63,161 bases of DNA, filler included, from 5 parts of 5 records of this genome joined end to end with filler, not necessarily neighbours in it, one strand, 5' to 3'. Shown: positions 31,875 to 42,508, numbered from the whole stretch's first letter. Notes: generated from the letters alone by a model not told the origin. A program made the numbers and translations.

Positions 31875-32582
31875 TTGTCACAACTGGAAGCAGATACCCT
31901 GACCGCAGAAATTGTTGCAGAGTATCTTAAAGATCACCCAGACTTTTTTAAGCATCGACCAGAGTTGGTCGACCGCTTAGCTTTACCTAACCAGCAATTG
32001 GGTTCGGTATCTCTGGTGCATGTTCAGATGTCTCGTCAGCGCCAGCGTATCGAAGAGCTGGAAGAAGAAATTACTACGCTCATGTCATTGGCTGCCAATA
32101 ATGATCGTACCTTCCATGAGTTTATGGAGCTACAGGAGCAGATCTTAAAATGTCACTGTTTAGCCGATGTTTGCAGCTTGATCGAAGACAGAGCTCGAGC
32201 GTTAAATCTGACCGGTTATATACGCCTGTTAGATAATCAAGATGTGAACTACAGCTTGACGAAAGAGCAGTGGAGTCGTTTCTCGACCAATCATTTTAAC
32301 GGCAAGAGTGCTTATTTAGGCCGCTTACGCAAAGCTGATCGTCACTTGTTGTTTGGTGAAGAGCTGTTTGCCCCAGAAATGGGTTCTTATGTGGTTCTTC
32401 CTTTAATTAAACGCCACCCGCAAGGTGTGCTGGCGTTTGCCAGTGAAGATGGCGGCCATTTCCAACCTTCGATGGACACACTGTTTTTACGTCACCTCGC
32501 ATTAGTGGTTTCACATCTGATAGATACATTGCCTTGGCAACAGGAAGTTCATGACCGAATCAATACCTCAACTGCCAGCTAG
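31875..32582 (+). CDS. yigA: DUF484 family protein (YigA)
   Basis: VAEYLKDHPDFF, SLVHVQM, HFQPSMDTLFL; dapF-yigA-xerC order. Confidence 0.88.
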   Translation: MSQLEADTLTAEIVAEYLKDHPDFFKHRPELVDRLALPNQQLGSVSLVHVQMSRQRQRIEELEEEITTLMSLAANNDRTFHEFMELQEQILKCHCLADVCSLIEDRARALNLTGYIRLLDNQDVNYSLTKEQWSRFSTNHFNGKSAYLGRLRKADRHLLFGEELFAPEMGSYVVLPLIKRHPQGVLAFASEDGGHFQPSMDTLFLRHLALVVSHLIDTLPWQQEVHDRINTSTAS

Positions 32583-33486
32583 TTTCACGGAGCCTTTGAA
32601 TCGTTTCTACGAGTTTTTACGCAGTGAGAAAGGGCTGAGTGTTCATACTCAACGCAATTATAAGCAGCAGTTGGAAACCATGGCTCATTACCTGCTGTCG
32701 GTTGGGGTTAAAGATTGGAAACAAGTCGATGCCGCATGGGTCCGCCAGTTAGCCAGTAAAGGAATGCGCTCGGGAATGAAAGAGAGCAGCCTGGCAACGC
32801 GACTTTCATCTTTACGCAGTTTTTTCGATTTCTTAGTACTGCGTGGTGAGTTAAACGCGAACCCAGCCAAAGGCGTTTCTGCTCCTCGCAAAAAACGACC
32901 TTTGCCGAAGAATTTGGATGTGGACGAAATGGCTCAACTGCTGGAAGTCGACAATGACGATCCACTTTCAGTTCGCGATCGAGCCATGATGGAGCTGATG
33001 TATGGTGCTGGCCTACGTTTAGCCGAACTGGTTTCAATCAACGTGAAAGATGTCAATTTTGGTGCTGAAGAAATTCGCGTGATTGGTAAGGGTAACAAAG
33101 AGCGTATTGCACCGTTATCAGGGCAGTCTAAAGAGTGGATGCACAACTGGCTTAAAATTCGTAACCAGTTAGCCACTGATGGGGAACCCGCGTTGTTTGT
33201 TTCTAAACTGGGCGGGCGAATCTCACACCGAAATGTTCAAAAGCGTATGGCAGAGTGGGGACAAAAGCAGGCGGTAAACAGCCACATTAGCCCCCATAAG
33301 CTACGTCACTCATTCGCAACGCATGTGCTGGAATCAAGCAATAACCTTAGAGCCGTTCAAGAGCTGTTAGGTCATGAGAACATTTCTACCACGCAAATAT
33401 ATACTCACTTAGATTTTCAGCACTTAGCTGAGGTTTACGATCAGGCTCATCCTAGAGCGCATAAAAAGAAGCAAGACAAGGAGTAG
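32551..33486 (+). CDS. xerC: Tyrosine recombinase XerC
   Basis: LMYGAGLRLAEL, GKGNKER, HKLRHSFATH, LLGHENISTTQIY; core synteny. Confidence 0.96.
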   Translation: MTESIPQLPASFTEPLNRFYEFLRSEKGLSVHTQRNYKQQLETMAHYLLSVGVKDWKQVDAAWVRQLASKGMRSGMKESSLATRLSSLRSFFDFLVLRGELNANPAKGVSAPRKKRPLPKNLDVDEMAQLLEVDNDDPLSVRDRAMMELMYGAGLRLAELVSINVKDVNFGAEEIRVIGKGNKERIAPLSGQSKEWMHNWLKIRNQLATDGEPALFVSKLGGRISHRNVQKRMAEWGQKQAVNSHISPHKLRHSFATHVLESSNNLRAVQELLGHENISTTQIYTHLDFQHLAEVYDQAHPRAHKKKQDKE

Positions 33487-33489
33487 GTC

Positions 33490-34209
33490 ATGCAGGTTTA
33501 CCGTAGCTTGTTACCCATTCAGGCGATGACATTTGATTTGGACGATACCCTTTATGATAACCGTCCGGTTATTCGTCATGTGGAACAGCAAGTTGCGTTG
33601 TGGCTCCACTCACATCATCCCGTAACGAAAACGCAGTCAATGGGCTGGTGGAACCAATTAAAGAAACAAGTCGCTAAAGATAACCCTTGGTTACCCAATG
33701 ATGTCAGTTTATGGCGCTTTGAACAGATTCGCTGTGGCTTAATTTTACTGGGTTATTCTGAACAGGCTGCACAACAAGCAGCAACCACGGCTATGGACGA
33801 GGTGCATCGATTAAGAAACTTGGTGACGGTGCCTGAAAGCACTCATCAAGCGCTTGCTGAACTTGCAGAAAAGATTCCGCTGGTGGCAATTACCAATGGT
33901 AACGTAGACCCGAGTAAAATCGGTTTGGCAGATTATTTTCAGTTAATCCTTAAGGCTGGTCCAGACGGATATGCTAAACCTCATTCAGATATGTTTATTC
34001 GTGCCCAGCAATTTTTAGATTTGCCAGCACAATCCATTTTACATGTTGGCGACCACCCGATAAAAGACGTTATGGGAGCCAAGGTGAATGGTTTCCAAGC
34101 TTGTTGGTTTAACGACCGTGGTCACACACTACGTGCTACAAAAAAGGCTAAACTATTGCCTGATATAGAAATCAATCATATTGGGCAGTTGACTTGGTTA
34201 ATAGATTAA
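33490..34209 (+). CDS. yigB: HAD hydrolase YigB
   Basis: FDLDDTLYDN, ITNGN, AKP, HVGDHPIKDV. Confidence 0.88.
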   Translation: MQVYRSLLPIQAMTFDLDDTLYDNRPVIRHVEQQVALWLHSHHPVTKTQSMGWWNQLKKQVAKDNPWLPNDVSLWRFEQIRCGLILLGYSEQAAQQAATTAMDEVHRLRNLVTVPESTHQALAELAEKIPLVAITNGNVDPSKIGLADYFQLILKAGPDGYAKPHSDMFIRAQQFLDLPAQSILHVGDHPIKDVMGAKVNGFQACWFNDRGHTLRATKKAKLLPDIEINHIGQLTWLID

Positions 34210-34268
34210 GTCAATAGTGTAAACTGTATGTCATACCTAAAATGAAAAATAATGTATAACTATCAGCA

Positions 34269-36782
34269 ATGTCAGAGTATGGGGCGAGTCGGCTAAATTC
34301 CATGTTCACTTCATCAATATTAATCACGTCAGAACAACCGGTTGGGCCTTTACTCGATACGCTGGCTTTATCTCAAAGTGCGACAACTCTGATTCAGATT
34401 TTTTCAAATCAGTCACCGAACAGAGTCGAGTCCATTGTTCAGCAACTTCAGCGACAATATACAAGCGCGCAGATCATCGGCATGAGTGCCGTTGATGTCA
34501 TTCATCATGGTGATATCCACCATAATGCTACTCTTATCGTTTTTAGCCAGTTTGAACGGGTTGCACTAACCTCGACGGTGATTCCTCACACCAAAAATAT
34601 CGAGTCAGACACTGAGCAACTGTTCGAGCAATTACATCTCAATCAAGATTCTAAAGCGATTATTTGCTTAGTGGATAGAATCGAGCAAACTCGTGCTGAG
34701 AGGTGGACTCAGTTCAGCCAATATTCGTCGGTACCTATTTTTGGTGGTTCCTCCTGCTCTGGCGATGATAGCCGTTGGGTGATGCTAAATGGTCAGTTTT
34801 ACGAGCACGCATTGGTTGCAGTGGCGTTGAGTGGCCGAAACTTACATGTAGTGAGTGACTATTACACTCAATGGAATCCCATTGGTCGAACATTTCGAGT
34901 CACTCAGTCACAAGAGTGTGAACTGTTGAGTTTGGATGATACACCTGTGCAGCAGATTTACCGTAACTACTTAGGTGATAAGCAAGCTTTACCGGTCGAA
35001 CTGTTACGACATTTCCCATTGATTCGCGGAGCAATGGAAGATCAGGATGTGTTTCGACCGATTGATGTCACCGAACGCGGAATTGTATTTAATCGTCCAA
35101 TTGAAATCGGAGATGAAGTTAGATTTTGTTTCGACCATCCGGCATTGACGATTGACCAAGTTCAATCGGGAGCCTATCGGTTACATAACTTCAAGCCAGA
35201 GCAAATCTTTGTCTACAACTGTTTTTCAAGAATTGAGTTTATGGAAGGCAATCAGGAGCTTCAGCCGCTGCAGTCTGTCGCGGATACCTATGGAGGTTAC
35301 TGTTTTGGCGAACTGATGCATGATGGCAGTAAGCAGCGAGTACTGCACCATAGCATGACCTATGTGGCGCTGCGCGAAGGCGAAGTGTTGAATCCGTCTA
35401 CTCATGATCAACAAGTAAACAGCAATAATAGCATTGAGCCTATTTTTAGCTTGATCCGAAATGCTTTCAGCGATTTAGATATCATGAATCGCGACCTAGA
35501 GCAGAAGATACAAAAACAGGCGTCTCTGTTAATGGCAACGTACCGCAAAGACAAGCGAACGGGGTTGCCTAACCGTGAAGTATTGCGAGAACGGTTGAGT
35601 GCGATGGGGAAAGATGATCATCTTATTGCTTTGAAGCTGACTAACTTTAGCCGGATCAACGAGAAGTATGGTTATCAGGTGGGAGATAGGTTGCTGCAGG
35701 ATTTAAGTGATCATTTTCGGCAGTACATTGAAGTGATGCTAACTGGGCGCAGTGAGTTGTATGCGATTGGAGTCGGTGAGTGGGCCTGCGTTTTTCGCAG
35801 TGTGTATGACAGTGAGTACATCCATAAAAAGTTCTCTCAGTTTGTCGATCGATTAGAAAACTACAACTTTGAGCCTTATGGCTTACCCGAGGTAGATTAT
35901 CTTTCTGTCTCTTTATGCGCAGGATTCGTCAGCCGTCGAGATTTCCCTCAATTAGATAAAGATGAGTTGCTATTGCGCTCTATCGAAGCAAGACGGTTTG
36001 CGCACAATCAAAATCGTCATTTTTATTGTGCTAGCAAGCTACGTGAACGGGATGATATTAGACACGAACAACTAGGCTGGCTGTCATGTGTTAGCCGAGC
36101 GGTGCTTGACGATAATGTTCAAGTTTATGCCCAGCCACTGTTTGAAGCAAAAACTCATGCACTTTCTTCCTATGAGTGTTTAGTCCGGATTGAAGACGAT
36201 GGTGAAATTATCCTTCCTGGGCGTTTTTTACCGATTATCGAGGGGACGCACTTATATTCGCGTTTGAGCCGTCAAATGATCACGCGAACCTTCGAATTAA
36301 TGCGTTTTCGCGATGAGTGTTTTTCCATTAACCTTGCCCCACAGGACTTTATGAGTGACCGCACTCTGAATCATCTAGAAGATGCAATTAAGTTAATGGG
36401 TGACCCTTCAAGGGTGGGGCTGGAAGTGTTGGAAACCGAGCAGATTAAAGACTATGGGCACATGATAGAAGTGTGTAACCATTTCCGCTCTCTTGGTGTT
36501 TCTATCATTGTTGATGACTTCGGTTGTGGCTATTCCAATATTGATGAGATCGTCAAGCTAGAGCCTCAAGTAATAAAACTTGATGGCAGCTTAATTCGTA
36601 ATATTGACACTGATATTAAGCAACGAAAAATCGCTCAACAGTTAGTTAAGCTCTGTCAGGTGCTGGAGGCAAAAACGGTGGCCGAGTTTGTACACAATGA
36701 AGAGGTTTGTCGTATCAGTGAAGACATGGGCATTGACTACCTACAGGGATTTCATTTAGGCGCACCGAAAAGGCTAATTTAG
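34269..36782 (+). CDS. cdpA: FIST-degenerate GGDEF-EAL c-di-GMP phosphodiesterase (CdpA-like)
   Basis: N-terminal FIST (PIFGG, WNPIG, CFSR, GGYCFGE), GVGEW in place of GGDEF, ECL motif, DDFG, KLDG, QG; same position as V. cholerae VC0130. Start may be ATG 34302. Confidence 0.85.
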   Translation: MSEYGASRLNSMFTSSILITSEQPVGPLLDTLALSQSATTLIQIFSNQSPNRVESIVQQLQRQYTSAQIIGMSAVDVIHHGDIHHNATLIVFSQFERVALTSTVIPHTKNIESDTEQLFEQLHLNQDSKAIICLVDRIEQTRAERWTQFSQYSSVPIFGGSSCSGDDSRWVMLNGQFYEHALVAVALSGRNLHVVSDYYTQWNPIGRTFRVTQSQECELLSLDDTPVQQIYRNYLGDKQALPVELLRHFPLIRGAMEDQDVFRPIDVTERGIVFNRPIEIGDEVRFCFDHPALTIDQVQSGAYRLHNFKPEQIFVYNCFSRIEFMEGNQELQPLQSVADTYGGYCFGELMHDGSKQRVLHHSMTYVALREGEVLNPSTHDQQVNSNNSIEPIFSLIRNAFSDLDIMNRDLEQKIQKQASLLMATYRKDKRTGLPNREVLRERLSAMGKDDHLIALKLTNFSRINEKYGYQVGDRLLQDLSDHFRQYIEVMLTGRSELYAIGVGEWACVFRSVYDSEYIHKKFSQFVDRLENYNFEPYGLPEVDYLSVSLCAGFVSRRDFPQLDKDELLLRSIEARRFAHNQNRHFYCASKLRERDDIRHEQLGWLSCVSRAVLDDNVQVYAQPLFEAKTHALSSYECLVRIEDDGEIILPGRFLPIIEGTHLYSRLSRQMITRTFELMRFRDECFSINLAPQDFMSDRTLNHLEDAIKLMGDPSRVGLEVLETEQIKDYGHMIEVCNHFRSLGVSIIVDDFGCGYSNIDEIVKLEPQVIKLDGSLIRNIDTDIKQRKIAQQLVKLCQVLEAKTVAEFVHNEEVCRISEDMGIDYLQGFHLGAPKRLI

Positions 36783-37390
36783 GTGCGGCCAAATTCATCT
36801 GGCTGATAAACGTGACCACTTTTGTCTGCTTGATATACCTTGCTGAAATAGGCTAAAAAGCTCGTAAGGTTTTGGGCAGGCTGGTGGTCTCCCAAATGGT
36901 GCAAAATTTCACTTGCGACCTCCAGAGTGCAAAGGTGCCCTTGGTTTTGATTTCGCCTTAGCTGATAGTTTGATAACTGCTCTGGCGTCAAATGAACTCT
37001 TTGAATGGTCTCTAACCACGGGCTTTTGCGTTCCATCTTTTTGGCTTCCTGCCACGTTCCATCCAGTATGATGAAGTGAGGCTGCTTTTGCTGTTTTGCT
37101 GCCAGCAACAGTGCCTCATCTAAAGCGATGCTGTCTTCACTTGGGTAGACGAGTAGAGACAAATAACGACGACTGGCTGTTCGCTCTATCAGTTCTTGGT
37201 TTGCTTCGACTCGGCTCCATGGATAATCGCGACATTGTGGTAGCGACTTTAGTAACCATTTTCCCGTATTTGTTTCCCTTGAATACTCGTTCTCATGCAT
37301 CAGCAGAGAGAAGACAGCTTCGGAATTTAACTGTGGAATATCGTTGCAAACGCATTGGTAATTCAATCCGCAGTTTTCGCAAAACATCAT
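36779..37390 (-). CDS. DTW-domain tRNA-uridine aminocarboxypropyltransferase
   Basis: N-terminal CxxC..CxC, TNTG, ILDGTWQEA, YQLRR, LCTLE. Confidence 0.88.
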   Translation of the reverse strand: MMFCENCGLNYQCVCNDIPQLNSEAVFSLLMHENEYSRETNTGKWLLKSLPQCRDYPWSRVEANQELIERTASRRYLSLLVYPSEDSIALDEALLLAAKQQKQPHFIILDGTWQEAKKMERKSPWLETIQRVHLTPEQLSNYQLRRNQNQGHLCTLEVASEILHHLGDHQPAQNLTSFLAYFSKVYQADKSGHVYQPDEFGRT

Positions 37391-37401
37391 CGTTTCCTCT
37401 T

Positions 37402-38430
37402 TTATTGCTTAACGGCTGAGGAATAGAGAACCAGACCGCCATTCGCTAGTGGATACACAACATTTCCCACCTGTTCTTTTTCAGCTACAAGGGTTTCTCC
37501 TTCTCGGCTAAATATTCTTTGAGAGACTAAATACTGCTGTTGATGGCGAGTCATTACCACTTGGATTTGGTCGCGATTGAGTTGCTGCCAGTAGCCTTTT
37601 TCAATGATCGGAGCTTCCCCATTGTTGTAGGTATATTCTGTGATGGCGGAATGATCTGGGTTAACGGTCAGAGTGACACTAAAGCCACTGTTTTTGGTCG
37701 ACGATGCGAAATACTCACCCGCCCAACGTACGCTTGGGTCACTATTCCCCAGAGTTGCACAGCCTTGGTAGGCTTCACCGTTTAAGGTGAGAGCGGAAGT
37801 CCAGCCATAAAGGCTGTCGCTCATTCCATCTGAACAATATTGATGTTGTAACGTTAACTGACCGTTTTTTAAAGCATATTGGCGTTTATCCGAGCCCATT
37901 TGACGGTCAGTAATGGCTAAAGTTTGCTTTTGGGTACCCATAGCTTGAAAGGTCAGTTGTTGCGCTGAGAACTGCGTGATCCAGTTGGGTTCATTGCCAA
38001 AAGCTTTTGTGGATGAAGGGGTGTTTTGGCAACGGTTCGGGTTTTCCGCACTGATAATATTGACCTGTTCTACATTAAACCGAGCAGTATAGTCACCGTT
38101 ATAACCGGTTTTACTTGGTGGAGTCAGATAACCGATAAGTTCACCATACATAGGCTGATAGGGGGAAGACGAGAGCTTCATTGCTTGTTGTGTAAGCTCG
38201 GCGGGCATGTCTAACCAGAATTGCTGGTTACTGCCGCATGGCTTTACAGTGCGAACCTCATGGCCAATGACAACCTCACCACGCATTAGAAAAGTTTGTG
38301 GTTTGATGCTGTCGGGCTGATCTAAGCTCGCTTTTACGGTATCTTGCTCAGGTTGAGTGGTTGGCGATGATGAACACGCTTGTAATAGACAAGCACTCAA
38401 AATGGTAATGGGGTAGAGCTGCGCCTTCAT
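37402..38430 (-). CDS. Conserved Vibrio lipoprotein (COG3650-like)
   Basis: MKAQLYPITILSACLLQA-C lipobox; GNEPNW, CSDGMSD motifs; start reassigned to ATG 38430. Confidence 0.75.
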   Translation of the reverse strand: MKAQLYPITILSACLLQACSSSPTTQPEQDTVKASLDQPDSIKPQTFLMRGEVVIGHEVRTVKPCGSNQQFWLDMPAELTQQAMKLSSSPYQPMYGELIGYLTPPSKTGYNGDYTARFNVEQVNIISAENPNRCQNTPSSTKAFGNEPNWITQFSAQQLTFQAMGTQKQTLAITDRQMGSDKRQYALKNGQLTLQHQYCSDGMSDSLYGWTSALTLNGEAYQGCATLGNSDPSVRWAGEYFASSTKNSGFSVTLTVNPDHSAITEYTYNNGEAPIIEKGYWQQLNRDQIQVVMTRHQQQYLVSQRIFSREGETLVAEKEQVGNVVYPLANGGLVLYSSAVKQ

Positions 38431-38470
38431 AGTTAAAATTCCTTGTGACAGCAAACTAACGGATTTCATT

Positions 38471-38929
38471 ATGGCATATTGGTTATTTAAAACAGAACCA
38501 GACACGTTTTCGATTGATACATTACGGATTCAACAGACTTCTTGTTGGGAGGGGGTTCGTAACTATCAAGCACGAAACATGTTACGTGATGAGATCAAAA
38601 ATGGCGATTTAGTTCTGATTTATCACTCATCTTGCAAAAAAATCGGTGTGGCCGGTATCGCCAAGGTGGTGCGAGAAGCTTACCCAGACCATTTTGCCCT
38701 TGACCCGAATAGTGATTATTTTGATGCCAAGTCAGATCCGGAAAATCCTCGCTGGGTGATGGTGGATGTTGAGTTTGTGCGTAAAACTGAACGGGTGATT
38801 CCTCTTGGCGTGTTGAAAGCGATGCCTGAGCTGAGTAATTTGCCATTGGTTAAGAAGGGGAACCGTCTATCCATCATGCCAGTATCAGAACAAGAGTGGC
38901 AGGCGATTTTAGATAAAGAAACGCTGTAG
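38471..38929 (+). CDS. EVE domain protein
   Basis: YWLFKTEP, WEGVRNYQARN, YHSS, RLSIMPV. Confidence 0.93.
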   Translation: MAYWLFKTEPDTFSIDTLRIQQTSCWEGVRNYQARNMLRDEIKNGDLVLIYHSSCKKIGVAGIAKVVREAYPDHFALDPNSDYFDAKSDPENPRWVMVDVEFVRKTERVIPLGVLKAMPELSNLPLVKKGNRLSIMPVSEQEWQAILDKETL

Positions 38930-38944
38930 CGCTGATGGTGAGAT

Positions 38945-38971
38945 AAAAAAACAGGCAGCCTAAGCTGCCTG
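38945..38971 (-). terminator. Terminator of the Cof-type gene
   Basis: CAGGCAGC/GCTGCCTG stem with a T run on the minus strand. Confidence 0.7.
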
Positions 38972-38993
38972 ACTAAAGAGTAGGGGGGACTCT

Positions 38994-39821
38994 TTAAAAT
39001 AATTCTTTGTGTAAGTAGTGAGCGACAGCATCATCAGCATTGCTGCCAATAACTTCATTGTCAGGTAAAGCTTCCATCACTCTCTTATGTGATGTGCCCA
39101 TAACGAGACCTTTGCCGGCCATCGAGAGCATTTCAACATCATTCATTCCATCACCAAAAGCGATGCAATTTTCCAGGCTTAGGTTTAAAGACTCAGCGAC
39201 CGCTTTAAGGGCTTCGCCTTTTGATACTCCTGCGCCCATCACTTCTAGGCAGGTTGGGGCTGAAAAGGCCACATGGACGTTATCGGTAAAAGCGGCATTG
39301 AGTTTGTCTTCGTATTCAGCTAGATAGTCGTGATCGTATTCCAAATCAGTAAAAAAGACTTTAGCGATACCGTCTGTCGGTGCATTTTCCGGATCAAAGA
39401 TCTGATAAGTAAAGCCAGACTCGTTGTGATATTCACGTAAGATTTCATCTTCTTTACTGATTAGCCAACTGTCATTGTGATAGAGATGAACTCGAATTCT
39501 CTCATCATCTTTAGCGATGTTAATGATGGCTTGTACTAAATCTTGCGGGACATTTTTGCTGTACATTTCACGATCTTGCTGGTCATGCACCCGAGCGCCA
39601 TTGGACGTAATCATGTAGGCAGGAATACCAGCAATTTCACGGATGCCCGCAACATCAACATGGTGGCGACCTGTGGCAAAGATAAATGTGAATCCTTTTT
39701 CGTGTAGGTCTTTCAATGTCTTTTTGGTGAAAGTGCTTAACTTATGGTCTGGGGCTAGCAGAGTGCCGTCCAAATCAGAAGCCACAATTTGGATTGATTT
39801 ACCGTTATGTTCAGTGGTCAT
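38994..39821 (-). CDS. Cof-type HAD-IIB hydrolase (YigL-like)
   Basis: SDLDGTLL, ATGR, SNGA, SKG, FGDGMNDVEML; downstream of pldB. Confidence 0.9.
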   Translation of the reverse strand: MTTEHNGKSIQIVASDLDGTLLAPDHKLSTFTKKTLKDLHEKGFTFIFATGRHHVDVAGIREIAGIPAYMITSNGARVHDQQDREMYSKNVPQDLVQAIINIAKDDERIRVHLYHNDSWLISKEDEILREYHNESGFTYQIFDPENAPTDGIAKVFFTDLEYDHDYLAEYEDKLNAAFTDNVHVAFSAPTCLEVMGAGVSKGEALKAVAESLNLSLENCIAFGDGMNDVEMLSMAGKGLVMGTSHKRVMEALPDNEVIGSNADDAVAHYLHKELF

Positions 39822-39902
39822 ATTTATCTCTTAATACTACAGGTGTGGATCGCTTCGCTTTTTCGTAGACTCTAAGTCTATGCTAAAAGAGGCATAAAAA
39901 AG

Positions 39903-39933
39903 AGGGAAAACCTTCGATTTATGGTTTTCCCTA
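39903..39933 (-). terminator. Hairpin/terminator after pldB
   Basis: AGGGAAAACC...GGTTTTCCCT stem with a minus-strand T tract. Confidence 0.6.
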
Positions 39934-39939
39934 TTTTGG

Positions 39940-40929
39940 TTAGCTGTTGGAGTAATGTTCCAGTATTGCGTCGAGCGTTTGATTGCGAATGTCGTCTTTT
40001 TCAAATAAAAGCTCATGTTTCGCGTTATTGATGATCAGAATCTGGCTATCTGGATTGGTTTTCGCTAAGCGAGTAACAAAGCGAACTTGAGCGGCATTAC
40101 TGACTACTTTATCCAGCCCTCCTTGAATCACCAGTGTGGGTATTTTGACTTGTCTCGTGAGTTGAATGCACTGCTTAGCGGCCATTAACCCTTGCCATAC
40201 CCAGCGCGTACTTGGTCCGCCAAGTTTGAGTTCTGGTTTTTGTTCATATAAGTCTCTAAACCAGCGGTAACGAATTTCACACTGCGTTAGCGGATTATCC
40301 TCAAAAGGTTTCGGGTAATAGTCGCCATAGCCCGGCGCGTAAGTGGGTTTGCTATAGGTGGCGGTCATTACCTGTGTCAGCGTTATTGCAATTGGGCGCA
40401 GTTGCCACGGAACATTGATGCCAAACATAGGGGCACTAAGTGCAATGGCGTTAAACTGGTGTTGTGGATGGGTTTGGATGTAACGAGTGGCAATGGCACC
40501 GCCCATCGAATGTGCGAGCAGGAATCGCTGTTGATATTTACCGAGTTCAAACAGCTCAATCAGCTCATTCATGTCTGTCAGATAATTCTGAAAATCTTCA
40601 ACGTGCCCCATTTGTTGATTGTCGATCAATCGATCAGATAACCCTTGCCCACGATGGTCAAAAGAGTAAATGTCGTAACCTTGTTGGAATAGATCGTAGA
40701 AAAGCTCCTGATATTTCCAGCATGACTCAATGCGCCCATTAACCACCACAATCGCTTTGGTGTGATTCGGATTTGTTAGTTTGCACCAGTAAAGTTTTGT
40801 TTTATCTGATGATTTATGAAATCCCTCTAACCTTGATTGCCACAGTTCAGCAATTTGATTATGGATACGAGATTCAAAATTCGACTCTTGTGTATAGTCG
40901 CGTGGCATTGGGGTGGTATGAGTCATCAT
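39940..40929 (-). CDS. pldB: Lysophospholipase L2 (alpha/beta hydrolase)
   Basis: GRIES, DHRGQGLS, AHSMGG, AKHELLFE. Confidence 0.88.
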   Translation of the reverse strand: MMTHTTPMPRDYTQESNFESRIHNQIAELWQSRLEGFHKSSDKTKLYWCKLTNPNHTKAIVVVNGRIESCWKYQELFYDLFQQGYDIYSFDHRGQGLSDRLIDNQQMGHVEDFQNYLTDMNELIELFELGKYQQRFLLAHSMGGAIATRYIQTHPQHQFNAIALSAPMFGINVPWQLRPIAITLTQVMTATYSKPTYAPGYGDYYPKPFEDNPLTQCEIRYRWFRDLYEQKPELKLGGPSTRWVWQGLMAAKQCIQLTRQVKIPTLVIQGGLDKVVSNAAQVRFVTRLAKTNPDSQILIINNAKHELLFEKDDIRNQTLDAILEHYSNS

Positions 40930-41243
40930 TTACCAACAAGAACAAGTGGTTTGCTAGAGAGCTTAGAATAAGCCAGCAGTTTGGAAATGCAAAGGATAAC
41001 AATAGTTTGCTTTTAATAGCTCTAATGTTAAATTTCAATTTCCTTATGGTGTAGCAAATTTGAGATAGTTTTAAATAGGTTAGCTTCCTGTTTTCAATAA
41101 AATTTTTACCGTCGACTGTGCTTTGATCGCATCTTAGCCAAAATAGACCTTGGTTTTGTTCTCGGTTTATGAAATGTAGTGCAATACTTATTGACTGAGG
41201 TAATTGTTCAAATTGCTAACTTATCTGGATCTTTAAAACCGAT

Positions 41244-42467
41244 ATGAAAAGTACATATGTTGCTCGACAGCCAATCCTGAACGCGAAGCGTCATACATTA
41301 GGGTATGAACTTCTGTTTCGTGATGGTGAAGAGAATGCATTTCCAGTTCATGTTGACGCCGATCGAGCGACTTATCGTTTGATTGTTGAAAACTTCTTAT
41401 CGGTAGGAACTAACCCAGATATTGAAAACTCTCGCTGTTTCATTAATTTCCCCTACAACAGTTTGATCCGCCGTCTTCCTTTGACTTTGCCGAAGCATCA
41501 AGTCGTGATTGAAGTTTTAGAAACCTGCCAACCGACTGATGAGTTGCTTGAGGCAATTCAAGAACTTCATGGGGAAGGGTATCTGATAGCTTTAGATGAT
41601 TTCGTGTATTCCCCTGATTGGGAACGCTTTATTCCCTACGTCCATATTATTAAGTTAGACATTATGGCCATGGGGTTAGGTGCTGCTTGTCAAATGGTTA
41701 GGGAGCAATTAGCCAAAGGCAGCCGTAAGCGTTTTCTTGCTGAAAGAGTGGAGACAGAACAAGAGTTTCGAGCCACTCGAGACGCAGGCTTTCGTTTTTT
41801 TCAGGGTTATTTTTTCAGTAAACCTCAGATGATTAAACAGCGCTACGTGAGTTCGAAACATGTCATTGCGATGCAACTGTTTCAGGAGGTTTGTCGTCCG
41901 AACGTTGATTTTGACAAAGTGGAGCAGCTGGTGGCCAAAGATGTGGCTTTGTCCTATAAGTTGCTTCGCTTTGTAAACAGCATGACGGACAGGATTGCTG
42001 TCCCTATTTCCTCTTTTCGTCAGGCATTGGTCTACCTTGGCCAAGACAGGCTAAAAATATTTGTTTCGTTAGCGGTTGCCTCTTATATTTCGGCTCATAA
42101 ACCGAAAGAGCTGTATAACTTATCTCTGCAACGAGCCCAATTTTGTCAATTGATGGCGGTACGTCGCCAGTTTATTGAGCATAAAGATCAGGCTTTCCTA
42201 ATCGGCTTGTTTTCCGTTTTAGATGCACTGTTAGACATGTCGTTAGAGGTGGTGGTTGATCAATTACCGCTGGAGAAAGCGATTAAAGAGGCATTGAATA
42301 AGCGTGTCGGCCCATTTGGTGAACTACTCAATTTAGAAGAGTGTTTTGAAAAGGCTGACTGGCAAGGGGTGGCTGATTACTGTCAGCATTTCGGCCTGCG
42401 CTTTGATGATGTATCCCATGATCTTGCAGAAGCGCAGCGGTGGAGCCAGGAAGTCCGCGATATTTAA
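41244..42467 (+). CDS. EAL + HDOD domain protein (CdgJ-like)
   Basis: VARQPI, GYELLFR, ALDDF, FQGYFF, then HDOD LSYKLLRFVNS. Start may be ATG 41245. Confidence 0.88.
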   Translation: MKSTYVARQPILNAKRHTLGYELLFRDGEENAFPVHVDADRATYRLIVENFLSVGTNPDIENSRCFINFPYNSLIRRLPLTLPKHQVVIEVLETCQPTDELLEAIQELHGEGYLIALDDFVYSPDWERFIPYVHIIKLDIMAMGLGAACQMVREQLAKGSRKRFLAERVETEQEFRATRDAGFRFFQGYFFSKPQMIKQRYVSSKHVIAMQLFQEVCRPNVDFDKVEQLVAKDVALSYKLLRFVNSMTDRIAVPISSFRQALVYLGQDRLKIFVSLAVASYISAHKPKELYNLSLQRAQFCQLMAVRRQFIEHKDQAFLIGLFSVLDALLDMSLEVVVDQLPLEKAIKEALNKRVGPFGELLNLEECFEKADWQGVADYCQHFGLRFDDVSHDLAEAQRWSQEVRDI

Positions 42468-42480
42468 TCTTTCCTGATAT

Positions 42481-42508
42481 TAGAGCCTGTTTATCTTTTG
42501 AGGTTAAA
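42481..42508. repeat. Possible end of a MITE/IS-like repeat at the contig break
   Basis: TAGAGCCTGTTTATCTTT immediately before the gap; resembles ends of Vibrio intergenic repeats from memory; only 28 nt visible. Confidence 0.3.

Noticed and set aside
32551-33486. Tyrosine recombinase as a possible island integrase
   Set aside because: It is core xerC in the dapF-yigA-xerC-yigB operon.
38471-38929. EVE domain as a modification-dependent restriction component
   Set aside because: Stand-alone EVE in a core Vibrio region, no fused or adjacent nuclease, and on a different contig from the R-M operon.
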